DNA of 64,000 nucleotides, taken from NCBI GenBank assembly GCA_965248575.1, contig CBDFJQ010000002.1, positions 4,224,001 through 4,288,000 of the forward strand, read 5' to 3'. The DNA is from Planctomycetota bacterium. Its GTDB lineage: Bacteria > Planctomycetota > B15-G4. Positions 1 through 12,800 of the stretch are shown here, piece by piece (the stretch's first letter is position 1; each line of letters begins with the position of its first letter). The position numbers were made by a program, and so were the translations under genes. A model generated the notes under the pieces. The model was not told the origin of the DNA. It searched no databases and saw only the letters and a program-made list of their open reading frames with translations.

Positions 1-1596
1 TCCGGTCTCCATGACGGTGGCCAGCGCTGGCTCGGAGTTGGTGAAGACGAGCATGTCGCCCACCATGCCGTAGGTCACTTCCGGGATGGGGATCGACATC
101 ATCGGGAGGCGCATGCTGGCGTTGATGCGCTTCATGCCGGGGAACATGCCGCGCGCATCCGAGATCTTGATGCTCGGCAGAGGCATGTTGGGCTCCTTTT
201 CCTTGATCTCCTTCATCAACCAAGGCACGGCAGCTGCGTAGACGTTTTCGGTGCGGCGAATGATCGAGCGGAGGGCCTCGGGGTTCTTGGCCTTTGTCAG
301 GACCACGAAGTCTTCACCCATTCCGCCGGCGACGGAGGAAGGCAACTGGATCTTGATGGAATCGCTGGCCATGACGGCGAGTACGTCCGTCTCGAAGTCG
401 AGGTCGAGCACCGCTTGGAGCGACTTCCAGCTGACCAGGGCCTGCTCCACCTCACGCTCATCGCCGTAACGCTGGTACATGTCGAGCCCCCAGCGATAAA
501 GCGGCACGAGGTCGAAGCCCTTCGTTGCAGAGAAGGACGTTGCGTCAGCGGGAACGAACGCGAGCAGGTCGTTGCTGGCAGGGCTGGCCAAGGCCTGGTA
601 GATGGGGTTGCCGTTGGCGACCGCCTGATCATCAAAGCGGACCCAGGTCTCGCCGACGACGGTGAGCTCCTCCGCGTGAACGGTGTAGGCCACCGTGTCA
701 ATCACTCGGCCCAGGTCGAAGAACTCCCGGGCCATGTCCCGTTCCATCTTGTTGTTGTAGTCATCACCGATGAACGGCATCACCTGCATCTGCGCATCGT
801 CGATGAGTTGTGCGACGTCGATGAAGGTGGATTGGGGGGCGGTCCGGCTGAGTTCGCCAAAGGAGGTCGCGAAGCGCGGTGTGTCCACCAGGGACATGCC
901 GCCACGGCCCTCCATGAGTGAGAGCGATGACTGGAACAAGCCTTCACCCATGGCAAACAGGATCTCATTGCCGCGAACCGCCATCTGCAGGACTGGCAAG
1001 TCGTTCCACTGGCGCGCGCGCAGGTTGAACAGCGTGGAGCCGGTGTCTTCGTGAGCGATCGTCTCGAAGGCGAGGTAGTCCGGGGAAATGGCGGCAACGG
1101 TTGCCAGCAGGTTCTTCAAGGAACTCTCGAGGCCAGCCACATCCTTGGCGTCGGTGCTGAACGCCATGGCCACGCTGGGCAAACCGGGAATCCACGGAAC
1201 CATCGGGCGCATGTCCATGCAGAACACGCTTTCGCGCTCGGTGAGCGCGGCCCAATCCACGCGGTGGATCAGGGTGGCCATCACGTCGCGCAGGGTGCGC
1301 AGTTGTGCGCCCAGCTCCGAGGAGAGTCCGCCCGATTCGAGAACCTCGATCACGAGTTCATCGAAGCGTGCGTCATGGACGGCGGCCAGGACCTCCGCGT
1401 TGTACTCATCGACGAAGCCCATGCTCTCGTCGGCAACGCGGTGGCTCATCATGAACGACTCTTCGGGCACGACCCGGGCAAGCTGCGCACTGAAGGCTGC
1501 CGGGGCCAGGACGGCCATGGACAGCAGGAGCGCGACAGGGAGGCGCGGCCTGGGTGTCGTGGTCCAGATCGATGGGATCATGGAGAGCTGGATCAT
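1..1596 (-). CDS. Secreted hypothetical protein, possibly DUF3352-like; runs off the left edge (partial)
   Basis: Missing from the ORF track because it has no stop in the window. Minus-strand translation: MIQLSMIPSIWTTTPRPRLPVALLLSMAVLAPAAFSAQLARVVPEE... (signal peptide-like) to ...VGDMLVFTNSEPALATVMETG at the edge. Alternative in-frame ATG at 1581. Confidence 0.75.
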   Translation of the reverse strand, partial: MIQLSMIPSIWTTTPRPRLPVALLLSMAVLAPAAFSAQLARVVPEESFMMSHRVADESMGFVDEYNAEVLAAVHDARFDELVIEVLESGGLSSELGAQLRTLRDVMATLIHRVDWAALTERESVFCMDMRPMVPWIPGLPSVAMAFSTDAKDVAGLESSLKNLLATVAAISPDYLAFETIAHEDTGSTLFNLRARQWNDLPVLQMAVRGNEILFAMGEGLFQSSLSLMEGRGGMSLVDTPRFATSFGELSRTAPQSTFIDVAQLIDDAQMQVMPFIGDDYNNKMERDMAREFFDLGRVIDTVAYTVHAEELTVVGETWVRFDDQAVANGNPIYQALASPASNDLLAFVPADATSFSATKGFDLVPLYRWGLDMYQRYGDEREVEQALVSWKSLQAVLDLDFETDVLAVMASDSIKIQLPSSVAGGMGEDFVVLTKAKNPEALRSIIRRTENVYAAAVPWLMKEIKEKEPNMPLPSIKISDARGMFPGMKRINASMRLPMMSIPIPEVTYGMVGDMLVFTNSEPALATVMETG

Positions 1597-1772
1597 GGAG
1601 AGCGATCTCGTGAGGCTCGAGGAGTGTGACGTCAACTCTGGTGAATCGTCCGTTGCAGGAATGATGTTGCCGGATACTCGGGCCACGACAAGATGGGCCA
1701 TCAACGTGTCACAGGCAAACATCCAACAGTCACGGGCCTGCCGTGGCACCGCCTCGGGGACTGTGCTTGGGC

Positions 1773-2951
1773 TCAGCTGAGGTCCTGCAGGGTGACTTCG
1801 GCCCGGAAGGGTTCGCCCAGCCGGTCGATGGTCAGGGTCAGGGTGTCCCCCAGCTCGAACTGCTGGAGGACGTCCAGCAGTTCGAGGCGAGAGCGTACGG
1901 GGGTGTCGTTCACCGCCAGGATGATGTCCCCCCGAATCCAGGTGTTCTGCACGGGGCGGATGCCGAGCAGCCCTGCGAGCCCGGCCGCGCTGTCGGGCAC
2001 CACCTCCTGGATATGGACCCCCTCGACCTCGAACCAGTGAGAGGCCGGTCGCTCGTCCAGGACCACGCCGAGGCCGGGTTTGCTGACTCTTCCATGGGCG
2101 ATGAGCTCCGGGACCACCCAGTTCACGATGTCCACCGGGACCGAGAAGCCGATGCCGGCGGAGCTCCCCGAGCTGCTGGCGATCATGGTGTTGACCCCGA
2201 TCAAGCGCCCGGCGCTGTCGAGCAGCGGCCCACCGGAATTTCCGGGGTTGATGGCGGCGTCGGTTTGGATCACGTCCCCGATGAGACGCTTGCTGGGGGA
2301 GCGCATGGTGCGGTTGAGGGCGCTGATGACCCCGGTTGTCAGGGTGCGTTCCAGCCCGAAGGGGTTGCCGATGGCCAGCACAGACTGGCCCACCCGAAGG
2401 TCTGCCGAGCTGCCGATTTCCAGCGGCGTCAGGCGCGGGGGAGCGGCGTTGATCTTGAGCACCGCCAGGTCGTGGTCCGCCGAGAAGCCCACCACCTGGG
2501 CTTCGTAGCGCAGCTCGTCATCCAGCACGACCAGCAGTTTTTCGGCGATGCGCACGTCGCCGCGATACGCATCGGAGCCGGGCTCCTGGACCACGTGGAA
2601 GTTGGTGACGATGTGGCCTCGGCTGTCCCACACAAAGCCCGTCCCGGCGTTCTGCTCGAAGCCTTCGAGGGTCCGGTTCGACCAGTTCACCTGGGTACGG
2701 ATCTGGCTCACGTTCACGACGGAGCTGCTCGTGCGTTCAAAGACGGAGATCACGGATTCTTCGGCGGCAGACAGCTGGCCGCGGGGCGTGACGGTCCGCG
2801 GTGACACAGTCGGGGGACCGAAGCTGAGGTCCCCACGGCTCCACATGACGTACCCCAGCAGCAGGACTGAGGAGGCCAGCGCGATCACCGAGAGGAAGCC
2901 AGCGGTGGAGCTGCCCGTGTCGCGTCGGGAGTGGTTCGAAGGGCGCTTCAT
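1773..2951 (-). CDS. HtrA/DegQ-family trypsin-like serine protease with N-terminal TM anchor and one PDZ domain
   Basis: Motifs GTGFVWD..GHIVTNFHVV, DLAVLKI, IQTDAAINPGNSGGPLL and a C-terminal PDZ (GDIILAVND). Start taken at MKRP (2951). Confidence 0.93.
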   Translation of the reverse strand: MKRPSNHSRRDTGSSTAGFLSVIALASSVLLLGYVMWSRGDLSFGPPTVSPRTVTPRGQLSAAEESVISVFERTSSSVVNVSQIRTQVNWSNRTLEGFEQNAGTGFVWDSRGHIVTNFHVVQEPGSDAYRGDVRIAEKLLVVLDDELRYEAQVVGFSADHDLAVLKINAAPPRLTPLEIGSSADLRVGQSVLAIGNPFGLERTLTTGVISALNRTMRSPSKRLIGDVIQTDAAINPGNSGGPLLDSAGRLIGVNTMIASSSGSSAGIGFSVPVDIVNWVVPELIAHGRVSKPGLGVVLDERPASHWFEVEGVHIQEVVPDSAAGLAGLLGIRPVQNTWIRGDIILAVNDTPVRSRLELLDVLQQFELGDTLTLTIDRLGEPFRAEVTLQDLS

Positions 2952-3140
2952 GGGGGAGGGCCAACCTATCACAGCGGCAAGGCCTTCCCCGGGGCCCTGA
3001 AGGCTGCGGCGAGCCGGCTTCTGCTGGGTCTTGTAACGGGGAGGGCGTCTGGCCGAGAGCCCTCATCAATGGAAAGCACGTGCGGCACCGGCTTGGGGGA
3101 GGACCTCGGGAGGTGCTGCTCTCCCCTGGGGGTCACACAG

Positions 3141-4037
3141 ATGCACCTTGGAACACTGACTGGAACTGGACTCTTCCGTTCGCTCGTCCTTCTTCCCTGC
3201 TTGATCGGGCCGCTGTTGGGCGGGGTCTCTGCCACGGCTGGGGACGGAGAGGACAAGGAGGTTGCTGGAGGGAGCCTTGGCAAGACGGCTGCCAGCGAGA
3301 CCCCGACAGCTCCCTTGAAGATGCCCTTGGAAACCGAGGCGGGGGCGGAGGCTGTGCGAGCCGCTGCAGCCCTGAAGAAGCAGGCATACTCCCTCGTCGA
3401 CGAGGCTCGTGAGCAAGGCCTTCTCGCCGCCGCTCGGGCCTACGGGCAGGTGGCGGACACCGCGCAGTTCGGCCGACTGGAACGAGTGGAGTCTGCCTTC
3501 CGATCGGGCGAGATCCTACGAGCGAGAGGGCTGCCCGCAGAGGCCAACAGCCGCTTCGCCCAAAGCCTCAGCCTCGGTGAGGGAAGTGATCATCTGTCGG
3601 TGAGGGTGTTCGCTTCTCGCGCCCTGCTTGAGCAAGCGCACCAGGCGCGACGTGTCGGTCAGATTGACCAGGCGCTCGAACTCTACGACGCGGTACGTAT
3701 TCGATTCTCTGACTGTGTCCGTGCGTGCACCCACGCCATTTCCTGGAGCGGCAAGACCCTGCTGCGCCACGATCGCGTGGTCGAGGCCCAGGGTCTTCTG
3801 CTGGATTTCGAAGCCTTCCTGCCGGACTACGCCCTGGACGCCGTGCGAAACGCCGAGCTGCTCGCAGACACTTTTCTCGAGTTGGGTCAGCCGGATCAGG
3901 CCATCGCGGCTGTTTCGCGTCTGGAGGCCGTTTTCGAGAGGAACGGCGAAAGCATGACCGACGCTGTAGAAGGCGCGTTGGGCGCTCTTCGTGATAAGCT
4001 GCGGGAGTCAGGTTACTCGCGGTCGCAAGACCGTTAG
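3141..4037 (+). CDS. Secreted TPR-like helical repeat protein
   Basis: Hydrophobic signal-like N-terminus, then TPR-like helices (ESAFRSGEILRARG..AEA..RF; QALELYDAV). Start uncertain (3069 or 3141). Confidence 0.65.
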   Translation: MHLGTLTGTGLFRSLVLLPCLIGPLLGGVSATAGDGEDKEVAGGSLGKTAASETPTAPLKMPLETEAGAEAVRAAAALKKQAYSLVDEAREQGLLAAARAYGQVADTAQFGRLERVESAFRSGEILRARGLPAEANSRFAQSLSLGEGSDHLSVRVFASRALLEQAHQARRVGQIDQALELYDAVRIRFSDCVRACTHAISWSGKTLLRHDRVVEAQGLLLDFEAFLPDYALDAVRNAELLADTFLELGQPDQAIAAVSRLEAVFERNGESMTDAVEGALGALRDKLRESGYSRSQDR

Positions 4038-4075
4038 AGCTTGCAGGACGTCGGCCCGGGAGAGTGCCGGCGCCC

Positions 4076-4129
4076 AAAAAATCAGGGGCACCCTTCTCTG
4101 GGAGAGAGAGGAGGGTGCCCCTTCTTTTT
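4076..4129. terminator. Bidirectional intrinsic terminator between convergent genes
   Basis: Stem GGGGCACCCTTCTCT...AGAGGAGGGTGCCCC with an A-tract (4076-4081) before it and a T-tract (to 4129) after it. Confidence 0.85.
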
Positions 4130-4176
4130 GCCGGTCAGCCTTTTACTGAGCTGGCGGCGATCACAGCGACGGGCCT

Positions 4177-5523
<1,347 letters not shown>

Positions 5524-5638
5524 GATGACCTTCCTTCGAGAATTGGCCGGGTCCGCCCGCCGTGGTACTCCGGGTCACGGGAAGGGCGGCCGCAATTGGA
5601 CCTGTGAAAAGGTCTAGATCGGCCAGAGGGGGGCGCGA

Positions 5639-5667
5639 ACAATACCCCTTCATCAAAAAGCAGTCAA
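5639..5667 (-). promoter_or_regulatory. Sigma70-type promoter for ugd
   Basis: Minus strand TTGACT (5667-5662), 17-nt spacer, TATTGT (5644-5639), about 115 nt upstream of the ugd ATG. Confidence 0.65.
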
Positions 5668-5747
5668 TCTGGCTCACGGGTCACAAACCTGTATAGCCGC
5701 AGGACTTGTGAACCCATGGCACGGGCTGCTGGAGATGAGGATGATCG

Positions 5748-5824
5748 GGGCGATTGGTTCAGCTGGTTAGAGCGCCTGCTTTACACGCAGGAGATCGAGG
5801 GTTCGAGTCCCTCATCGCCCACCA
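5748..5824 (+). tRNA. tRNA-Val (anticodon TAC)
   Basis: GGGCGAT/ATCGCCC acceptor stem with encoded ACCA end, D-arm TCAGCTGGTTAGAGC, anticodon arm CCTGC-TTTACAC-GCAGG, T-arm GAGGG-TTCGAGT-CCCTC. 77 nt. Confidence 0.97.
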
Positions 5825-5892
5825 CTTTTCCCATCCCCATCACGGTGACGCCGGCTTCGTACTCTCGGCGATTCCCCTCCGGAGCGCAGTCC

Positions 5893-8800
5893 ATGTCGCT
5901 GTTTTCGGCCGCCCTGGCCCCCATCTGCTCCTTGGCTCGCAGGCCGCTCGGCCTCCTGGCACTGCTCCTGGCCAGTTCGCTCTCGAGTTCCCTGGCGTGG
6001 GCGTCGAGCCCAGCCCCTCCAGCCCCTCCAGCCCCTCCAGCGGAGGGCGCGACCTCCTCACCCGTGGAGGGCGCCCTCGGGGCCTTGCACGGTGGCTCAC
6101 CTCTGGAGGCCTGGCGGCTTTTGCTCGCCGAGGTGACCGGGGGGTTCAGCGGCTCCCTGGGTGGCGGCGGTTCGCAGGAGCTGATCGTCGCCGAACAGGA
6201 ACTCGTAGCCCTGGTGCTCACGGATCTGACCGCCGATTCCGGTCTGTGGCGGGAGACGCTGGACGCGCTGCAGGTGCTTCGTCCCTGGCCTGAGAGCCTG
6301 GCACCCGAGGTATCGTTTCGCCTGGAGCACCTCGTCGCTCGGTGTCTGCGGCGTCTCGGGCAAGCGAACAGTGCGCGGGGGGTCATCGACCGGCTGGGCT
6401 ACTTCTCGGATTGGTACGTCGTCGGGCCTTTCGACAACGAGCGCGGGAGCGGCTTCGATGTGCCCTATGAGCCCGAGCAGGAGTTCGACCGGCCGGCGGC
6501 CATGGCTGGCAAGGAGCGGGAGGTCTCCTGGCGCTGGGTTCCTGCACGTCACCACCCTCTGGCGCGCGTGGCGCTGCACGAGCTCTTCCGCCCCAACACC
6601 CAGGCGGTCGCCTACCTGGCCACATCGCTGCAGCCGCGTGACCCGGGTTTCGCCGAGCTGCGGGTGGGTTCCTCGGGGCCCTACAAGATCATCCTTAATG
6701 GCGAGGTCGTCGCGACTCAGGATGCCGAGCGGCGCTACGAGCCTGACCAGGACCGTCACGTGATCCAGCTAGCCGAAGGCTGGAACTCGCTGCTCGTGAA
6801 GCTGGGGCATGAAGAGGGGGCGTGGACCTTCGACGCACGCCTGACCGAATTGAACGGGCGTCCGCTGCAGGCGGTTCAGTGCGAGTCGGTCTACAGCGCC
6901 TGGCCTGGGCCGGCGCCGACGGAGGACGAGGCAGCACTCATCTTCTACGGCGTGGAGCCCGAGCGGGACGAGACGGCCGTCGTGATCGCAGGAGACAGCC
7001 CCGAGGCCTCCGCGGTCGAGACTCTGCCGGCCATGAGACCCGGCACGCGGGAGCACCTTGAAGCGCTGCCCGACGATGCCCATGCCCAGCGGCTGCTTGC
7101 CCAATACCACCTGTCGATCCAGGCGGAGGATCTGGTGGATGACAGCTTGGTGCAGGTCGCCCAGCGCGCCGTGGCCGCGGATCCAGACCATGTCTGGGGC
7201 CGATACCTGCTGGCGCGGGCCTACGAGCCCCGCGGGCAAAGCCGCAACGAGATGGAGGTCAACAAGCGGCTACACGCCCTGGATGAGGTGCTCTCGCGGA
7301 ACCCGGAGCACGTGGCGGCCTTGCTGGACATGGCGGATTTCTCCCTGAGCGACAACCCGATTCCCGTTCGCGCAGATGCCATGACGAAGCGGGCCCTGGA
7401 GGTGGCTCCCAACTCATGGGATGTGCTCCAGATGCGGGCCCGCTTCCTGGACTTGCAAGGCAGATCGTCCGAGGCGGACCTCATGCGCCGGACCGCGGAA
7501 TCGAGCGAGGAGGCTTCGTATTCGTCATGGGGGATCCTCTCCCGGGCCCGGCGCTTGCTGAGCCTGGGCCTCCCGGATGTGGCACTCCAGACCATGCAAG
7601 TCGGGGCTGATCGGGACGTGTTGGACCGCAGGCTGATCGGCGAACTCGTGGACGGGCTGGTGGAGACGGGCGAGTACTCCGTGGCCCACACAATCGCTGA
7701 GCGCGCCATGACAGCGGAGCCCTTCGATGTGGATCGCATGTTGGAGACGGCGATGCTGTTCGAACAGGGCGATCAGGTCTATCAGGAACGCGGTCGAGAG
7801 CTGGTGGATCGGGCGCTCAGCGTCTGCCCGGAGAGCACCCGGGCCCTGGATCGGCTCGTACGGATCGAGGAGCGCATCGGTCATCTCGACGAGGCGGTCG
7901 AGGGTCTGACGGAGTTGCTCAGGCTGGATCCCTCTGATTCCCGCACCCGTCGGCATCTGGCCTTGCTGACCACGGGCACCCAGGAGCGCTTCGAGGAGCC
8001 CTACCGCTGGGATGCTGCAGAACTTGTGTTGCTCCCTCTGCCCGACACCAGCGCCAACGACCCGCTCGAGGTCCTGGCGCGCACCGTGGTCTGGCGCGTG
8101 CAGCCCGATGGCACGGAGCACCAGTACCAGCATGTGGTCTTGCGCGTGCTCAACGAGGGCGGCGCGCGGATGCTCGATGTCTACCCGGTCGCGGGCGCGG
8201 GCGGCGGCACCCTGCACATGCACAACGCCCGTGTGCTCCGGCGGGACGGTTCGGTGGAATACGCGCCGGCCTCACGGCGCTCGGGCCGTTCCTACCGGAC
8301 CTATGACTTCCCGCCCTTGTCCGTCGGGGATGTGGTGGACATGGAGTGGCGCTCCGACCAGGACACCGCGGATGTCTTCGGGCAGTACTTCGGCATCCGG
8401 CATGACTTCTACCCCGACCGCATCGATGGCCTGGCCCCGACCCGCTGGTCGGAGCTGGTGGTCATTGCTCCGGAGGATGTCCCGCTCACCGTGCAGGAAC
8501 GCAACGCCGACGGCCTCGAGCGCGAACAGTCTCAGGAGGGTGACCTGATCATCCGCCGCTGGTTGGCGCGCGATCTCGCTCGCCCGCCGCTCGAGTCCTC
8601 CATGCCTGCTGTGAGCGAGTTCACGCCCTCGGTGGACATCACGACCTTTCGCGATTGGAACCACTTCTCGACCTGGTGGTGGCACTTCATCGAGAAGGAG
8701 TTCGTGACCACGCCCGCCATGCGCGAGAAGGTCGCCGAGCTGACGGAAGGCCTGGAGACCGAGCGCGAGCGCATCGAGGCCATCGTGCGCTTCGTGGGCC

Positions 8801-9849
8801 AGGAGATCCGCTACAACGCGTGGGCCTTTGGCACCCACGGCTATGAGCCCTACAGCGCGCCGACGATTTTCGAGCGCCGCTTCGGTGACTGCAAGGACAA
8901 GTCGATCCTGCTTCGGCAGCTGTTGGCCGAGATTGACGTGGAGGCCTTCCCGGTGCTCATCAAGGCGGAATCTCCGCGCGCCGAGGAACCGCTGGCGGCG
9001 GCGATGGTCGGTCACTTCAACCACTGCATCGCCTATGTGCCGGCCACGGAGGATCGCGAAGCCATCTATCTCGATGCCACGGCGGACCGCAACCCGATCG
9101 AGTACCTGAGAGCAGATGACCAAGGGGCGCGGGTCCTGCACGTGGGTCCCGAGGGAGGCTCCTTGCATGAGATCCCCTTCGCACCGCCGCAGGAGAACGC
9201 CCTACGGCGGGACTACCGCATCGAGCTGGACACCAAGGGCGGGGGTGGAGTGCGCCTCGAGGACACGAGCAACGGGTCCTTCGGGGTCAGGCATCGCTAC
9301 CGCTATGGCGGCGAGACAGGCGACCTCTCCACGGGGCTTTCCCGGGAGCTCTCCGTGGGCTTCGGTGCCGTGACCATCCAGGATGTGGAGACCTCCGAGC
9401 TCGAGGACATCTCTCAGCCCGTACGCCTCAAGGCTGCATTCAAGGCGCCCAACCTCTGGAGTGGGGAGGGGGCCGAGAAAGCGTTGCGCGTCAGCCTTGA
9501 CCCGCTCGGCATGGACCGCGTGGCCCAGGAGGCTGCGGCCAACCGCCAGTTCGAGGTGGTCTTCCCGCGCCCCTTCGCCCAGGAGACATCGGCGTTGTGG
9601 ACCCTGCCAGAGCATGCGCAGGTCCTGGAGCTCCCGCCGGATGTCTCGGTGCAGGCGCGCGGACTCGTGGACTACCAGCAACGGCTGCGTGAGACCCCAG
9701 AGGGGATTCTCGTGGAGCGGAGCTTCCGATTGAACGTGCACCGCATTCCCGTGCAGGACTACGGCGCCTTCCGTGACGCGCTGCAACAGATCCGCCTCGC
9801 CGAGGCGCGTGAGTTCCGCATCCTCGTGCCAACGGGCGACCTCCCATGA
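5893..9849 (+). CDS. Large secreted TPR + DUF3857 + transglutaminase-like protein with intact catalytic motif
   Basis: ATG at 5893 after GGAG. Signal peptide, DWYVVGPFDN beta-sandwich, TPRs, DUF3857-like region, FGDCKDKSILL / FNHCI / YLDAT (Cys-His-Asp). The ORF-track start at 5716 would run through the tRNA. Confidence 0.88.
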   Translation: MSLFSAALAPICSLARRPLGLLALLLASSLSSSLAWASSPAPPAPPAPPAEGATSSPVEGALGALHGGSPLEAWRLLLAEVTGGFSGSLGGGGSQELIVAEQELVALVLTDLTADSGLWRETLDALQVLRPWPESLAPEVSFRLEHLVARCLRRLGQANSARGVIDRLGYFSDWYVVGPFDNERGSGFDVPYEPEQEFDRPAAMAGKEREVSWRWVPARHHPLARVALHELFRPNTQAVAYLATSLQPRDPGFAELRVGSSGPYKIILNGEVVATQDAERRYEPDQDRHVIQLAEGWNSLLVKLGHEEGAWTFDARLTELNGRPLQAVQCESVYSAWPGPAPTEDEAALIFYGVEPERDETAVVIAGDSPEASAVETLPAMRPGTREHLEALPDDAHAQRLLAQYHLSIQAEDLVDDSLVQVAQRAVAADPDHVWGRYLLARAYEPRGQSRNEMEVNKRLHALDEVLSRNPEHVAALLDMADFSLSDNPIPVRADAMTKRALEVAPNSWDVLQMRARFLDLQGRSSEADLMRRTAESSEEASYSSWGILSRARRLLSLGLPDVALQTMQVGADRDVLDRRLIGELVDGLVETGEYSVAHTIAERAMTAEPFDVDRMLETAMLFEQGDQVYQERGRELVDRALSVCPESTRALDRLVRIEERIGHLDEAVEGLTELLRLDPSDSRTRRHLALLTTGTQERFEEPYRWDAAELVLLPLPDTSANDPLEVLARTVVWRVQPDGTEHQYQHVVLRVLNEGGARMLDVYPVAGAGGGTLHMHNARVLRRDGSVEYAPASRRSGRSYRTYDFPPLSVGDVVDMEWRSDQDTADVFGQYFGIRHDFYPDRIDGLAPTRWSELVVIAPEDVPLTVQERNADGLEREQSQEGDLIIRRWLARDLARPPLESSMPAVSEFTPSVDITTFRDWNHFSTWWWHFIEKEFVTTPAMREKVAELTEGLETERERIEAIVRFVGQEIRYNAWAFGTHGYEPYSAPTIFERRFGDCKDKSILLRQLLAEIDVEAFPVLIKAESPRAEEPLAAAMVGHFNHCIAYVPATEDREAIYLDATADRNPIEYLRADDQGARVLHVGPEGGSLHEIPFAPPQENALRRDYRIELDTKGGGGVRLEDTSNGSFGVRHRYRYGGETGDLSTGLSRELSVGFGAVTIQDVETSELEDISQPVRLKAAFKAPNLWSGEGAEKALRVSLDPLGMDRVAQEAAANRQFEVVFPRPFAQETSALWTLPEHAQVLELPPDVSVQARGLVDYQQRLRETPEGILVERSFRLNVHRIPVQDYGAFRDALQQIRLAEAREFRILVPTGDLP
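6010..6041 (+). repeat. In-frame 9-bp tandem repeat (CCAGCCCCT x3.5) encoding a PAPPAPPAPPA linker
   Basis: Directly visible in the sequence. Confidence 0.8.
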
Positions 9850-12800
9850 CCCAGTCACTGATCCGTTCGAGCACACAGCCTTCGCAGCGAACCGTGCGGT
9901 GGTTGGGTAGTGCCCTGGGTGTGGTGCTCCTGGCAGCCTGCACGGAACTTCCGCGCGCCGACAGCGCCCCCGCCCAGGCAGAGGCACAGGCGAATGCAGC
10001 CGCCAGGACAGAGCGGCCGCCGCCGGCCGTGGATCGCGTGGCGGCCGACATGGAGGCCTGGGCTGGCGAGCTCGTGGCGCCTGCTGCAGGCCGCTTCGGG
10101 CAGCGAGATGCCATCGTCGCCCATTGGCTTTCCATGGTGGCGCAGTCCCCGGCACATCCCCTCGCGGAAGCTGCCTTGCGACTGGCGGGTGCTGCCCGGG
10201 CGGACCTCGATGATCCCCCGGCTTACCGCCGGGCAGTGATGGCCTTGGGTTCGCCGAGCGGTTTGTCGGCGACGGCACGGGCCGTGCTCAACCGTTTGCA
10301 GGCGGCGGCTCGTATTGCCGAGGCGCCCACCACGCCGGACGCAGCCGATCAGTTTCCCGCCGTGTTGTCCCACTACGACGTGCTCGGCCCCTTGGGCCCG
10401 GTGCAGAACCCCATCGCCGTGGCGTTGAGCCCCGCGATCCTGGCGGAGGCTGGCTTCGATCGCAGCCACCAGGGCGTGTTCGGCGATGTCCGCTGGCACC
10501 CTGTGCGGCGCTCTCCGTTTGAGGGAGCCGTGGACCCCACGGACGTCCTGGACTCCAGCTCTGGTTGGTACCTGTTGGCGGCACGCTTCGATGTGCCCCG
10601 GGGTGGCCCTGCCACCCTGGAGATCAATCTGGGATCCGGCGCCGGCAGCTCTGTAGAGGGACCGGCGGGCGCGCTTTTCTCCTTCGGGTCTTCGAGCTTC
10701 TCCCGACTGCCGCCCACGGCCTCCTTCGCCTACTCCCTCAACGGCGCTGCCTCTACCACCGTGGACTCCTGGCGGGCGGAGCGCAGCGCCCGCACGCGCG
10801 TGCCCGTCGTTCTGCGGGAGGGGCGCAACCAGTTGTTGCTGCGCATGCGTGCCTCCTACAACGGCGGGCTGCTGCTCGCGGTGCGGGATCAGAAGGGCAA
10901 TGCCTATCCCGGCCTGAATGGGTCACATGTCGCGGCTGATCTGGGGGTCTTGTCCGAAGGGGGCGAGGCAGCGCCGCCGACAGAGAGCTCCGAGTCGGTC
11001 TTGCTCGCAATGGACGAGCGGGGCCCCGCGAGTGAAGCCCTGCTGGGTTTGCTGCAGCTCCTGGACCGGCGCCCGGCGCAGGGTTTGAATCGCATGCAGG
11101 ATGCCTGGGCACAGCTTGCGGCCCTGGAAGCTGTCGAGGGCGAGGTCTCTCCCATCGCCGTACCCTTGGCTGCACAGCTGGCCGGCATCCTGTTGCAGGT
11201 GTCCTATCTGCCCGAGAGCTGGCGTCGCGCTCGGGCTCGCGAGTTGGTGGAGTGGGTGTTGGAGCAGGACCCCGACCATCTGCCGATGGGCATGGCGATG
11301 GCTCGCATCCTCACGCAGGAGGATCGCGACGAGGATGCACTCGCCGAGCTTGACCGCCTATCGGTCCTGCATGCAGGCAGTGGGCGGGTGCTGCTGGAGT
11401 TGGCTCGGGTGCTCGGCATCCTGGGGCTCGAGGCTCGGCAGGAAGCCGTGCTGGCCGAGGCCGTGCAGCGGGTGCCCCACAGCCCGGCTGCCCTGTTGTC
11501 CCTGGCGCGGCAGATGTCCCGCTACTCAACGGACCGATTGGCGGCGCCGCTGCGCGAGCGGGCCCGGCTCGCGTCGGGGCAGAGCCCGCAGCGCCTGGAG
11601 CAACGCGCCCGGGAGTTGGCGCGCGGGGGGCAGGCCGCTGCTGCCGACCAGGCATGGGCCGACGCCATGATCCGGGATTCGTCCCGCTCGCGCCGCTTCC
11701 GGCATGCCGATTTCCTGCTCAGCACCCATCGCCTGGACGGGGCCGAGCTGTCGTTCCGCGAGTTGGTGGAGGAGTTCCCTGGCTGGGCGCGGCCCTGGGC
11801 GCGTCTGGCGGATGTCGCCTTGGAACGGGGAGATGTCGAGAACCAACGAGCGGCTCTCTACGAGGTGCAGGCGCTGGATCCCTCCGATCGGCCCACGCGC
11901 GACCGTTTGAGTGACCTCGGCGTGCCGGACCCCGTCCTTCAACTGCGGGACCGCTTCTTGCTGACCTCCGAGCAGGCCATGGCGCTGTACACCGAAACGG
12001 ATCGGGACGACTCCGTGGTGCGCCTGCTGGACCAGGCGGTGGTGAAGCTGTTTCCGGATGGCAGCGCCGAGACGGTGACGCACGAGATCGTCCAGGTGCG
12101 GGACCTGGCGGCGTGTGAACAGGAAGGCGAGTTGAGGCTGGGTGGTGAGGTCCTGCGCGTGGCCACCCTGAAGCGTGAAACCGGTGAGGCCTTTGAACCC
12201 GTGCGCGTTGCTGGCTCCTATGTCATGCCCCAGTTGGAGCCTGGAGATTTCGTCGAGCGCATCACCCGGGCGCGAACCTCGGGGGCCTCGCTCGTTGTGC
12301 GGCCGGGACGGTGGTTCTTCCGGTCCGTGTCCGAGCCCTTCGTGGTCAGCCGCTATGTGGTCGCCGTTCCCCGCTCCCTGGATCTCCGCCTCGAGATGGG
12401 GGGCGAGGTCGAGCATGTGGAAGCCCATGAGGTGGGTGACGACGTGGTGCACGTGTTCGAGAGCCGGGAACAGGCACGGGTCCTGCTGGAGCCTGGCGCG
12501 GCGCCGGTGAGTTGGTTCCTCCCGTGGGTCGAGTTCGGGATGGACGATGACATGGCGGCCAGGGCTGCGGTCTACCGCTCCCAGCTGTTGCCCTTCCTCG
12601 AAGTGACGCCCGAGCTGGAGCGCGCCTTGGCGGACGTTTCGGAAGCCATGGACCCGATTGCAGCAGGCCGCCAGAGCGAGCTGGCGCGAGCATTGCATCA
12701 GTTCGTCAACGAGGTGCTGGTGCAGCGCAGCAATGGGCCCGTGCCAGCCGTCCAGGCGCTGCTCTCCAAGAGCGGCAATCCGGTGGTGCTGTATGCCGCG

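Noticed and set aside
5716..5892. ORF-track N-terminal extension of the 1377-aa ORF running through the tRNA
   Set aside because: Chance open frame across tRNA-Val. An RBS, ATG and signal peptide at 5893 give the better start.
5748..5900. tRNA-Val as an integration site for an island or prophage
   Set aside because: No integrase, no duplicated tRNA 3' end seen in the window and no obvious composition shift.
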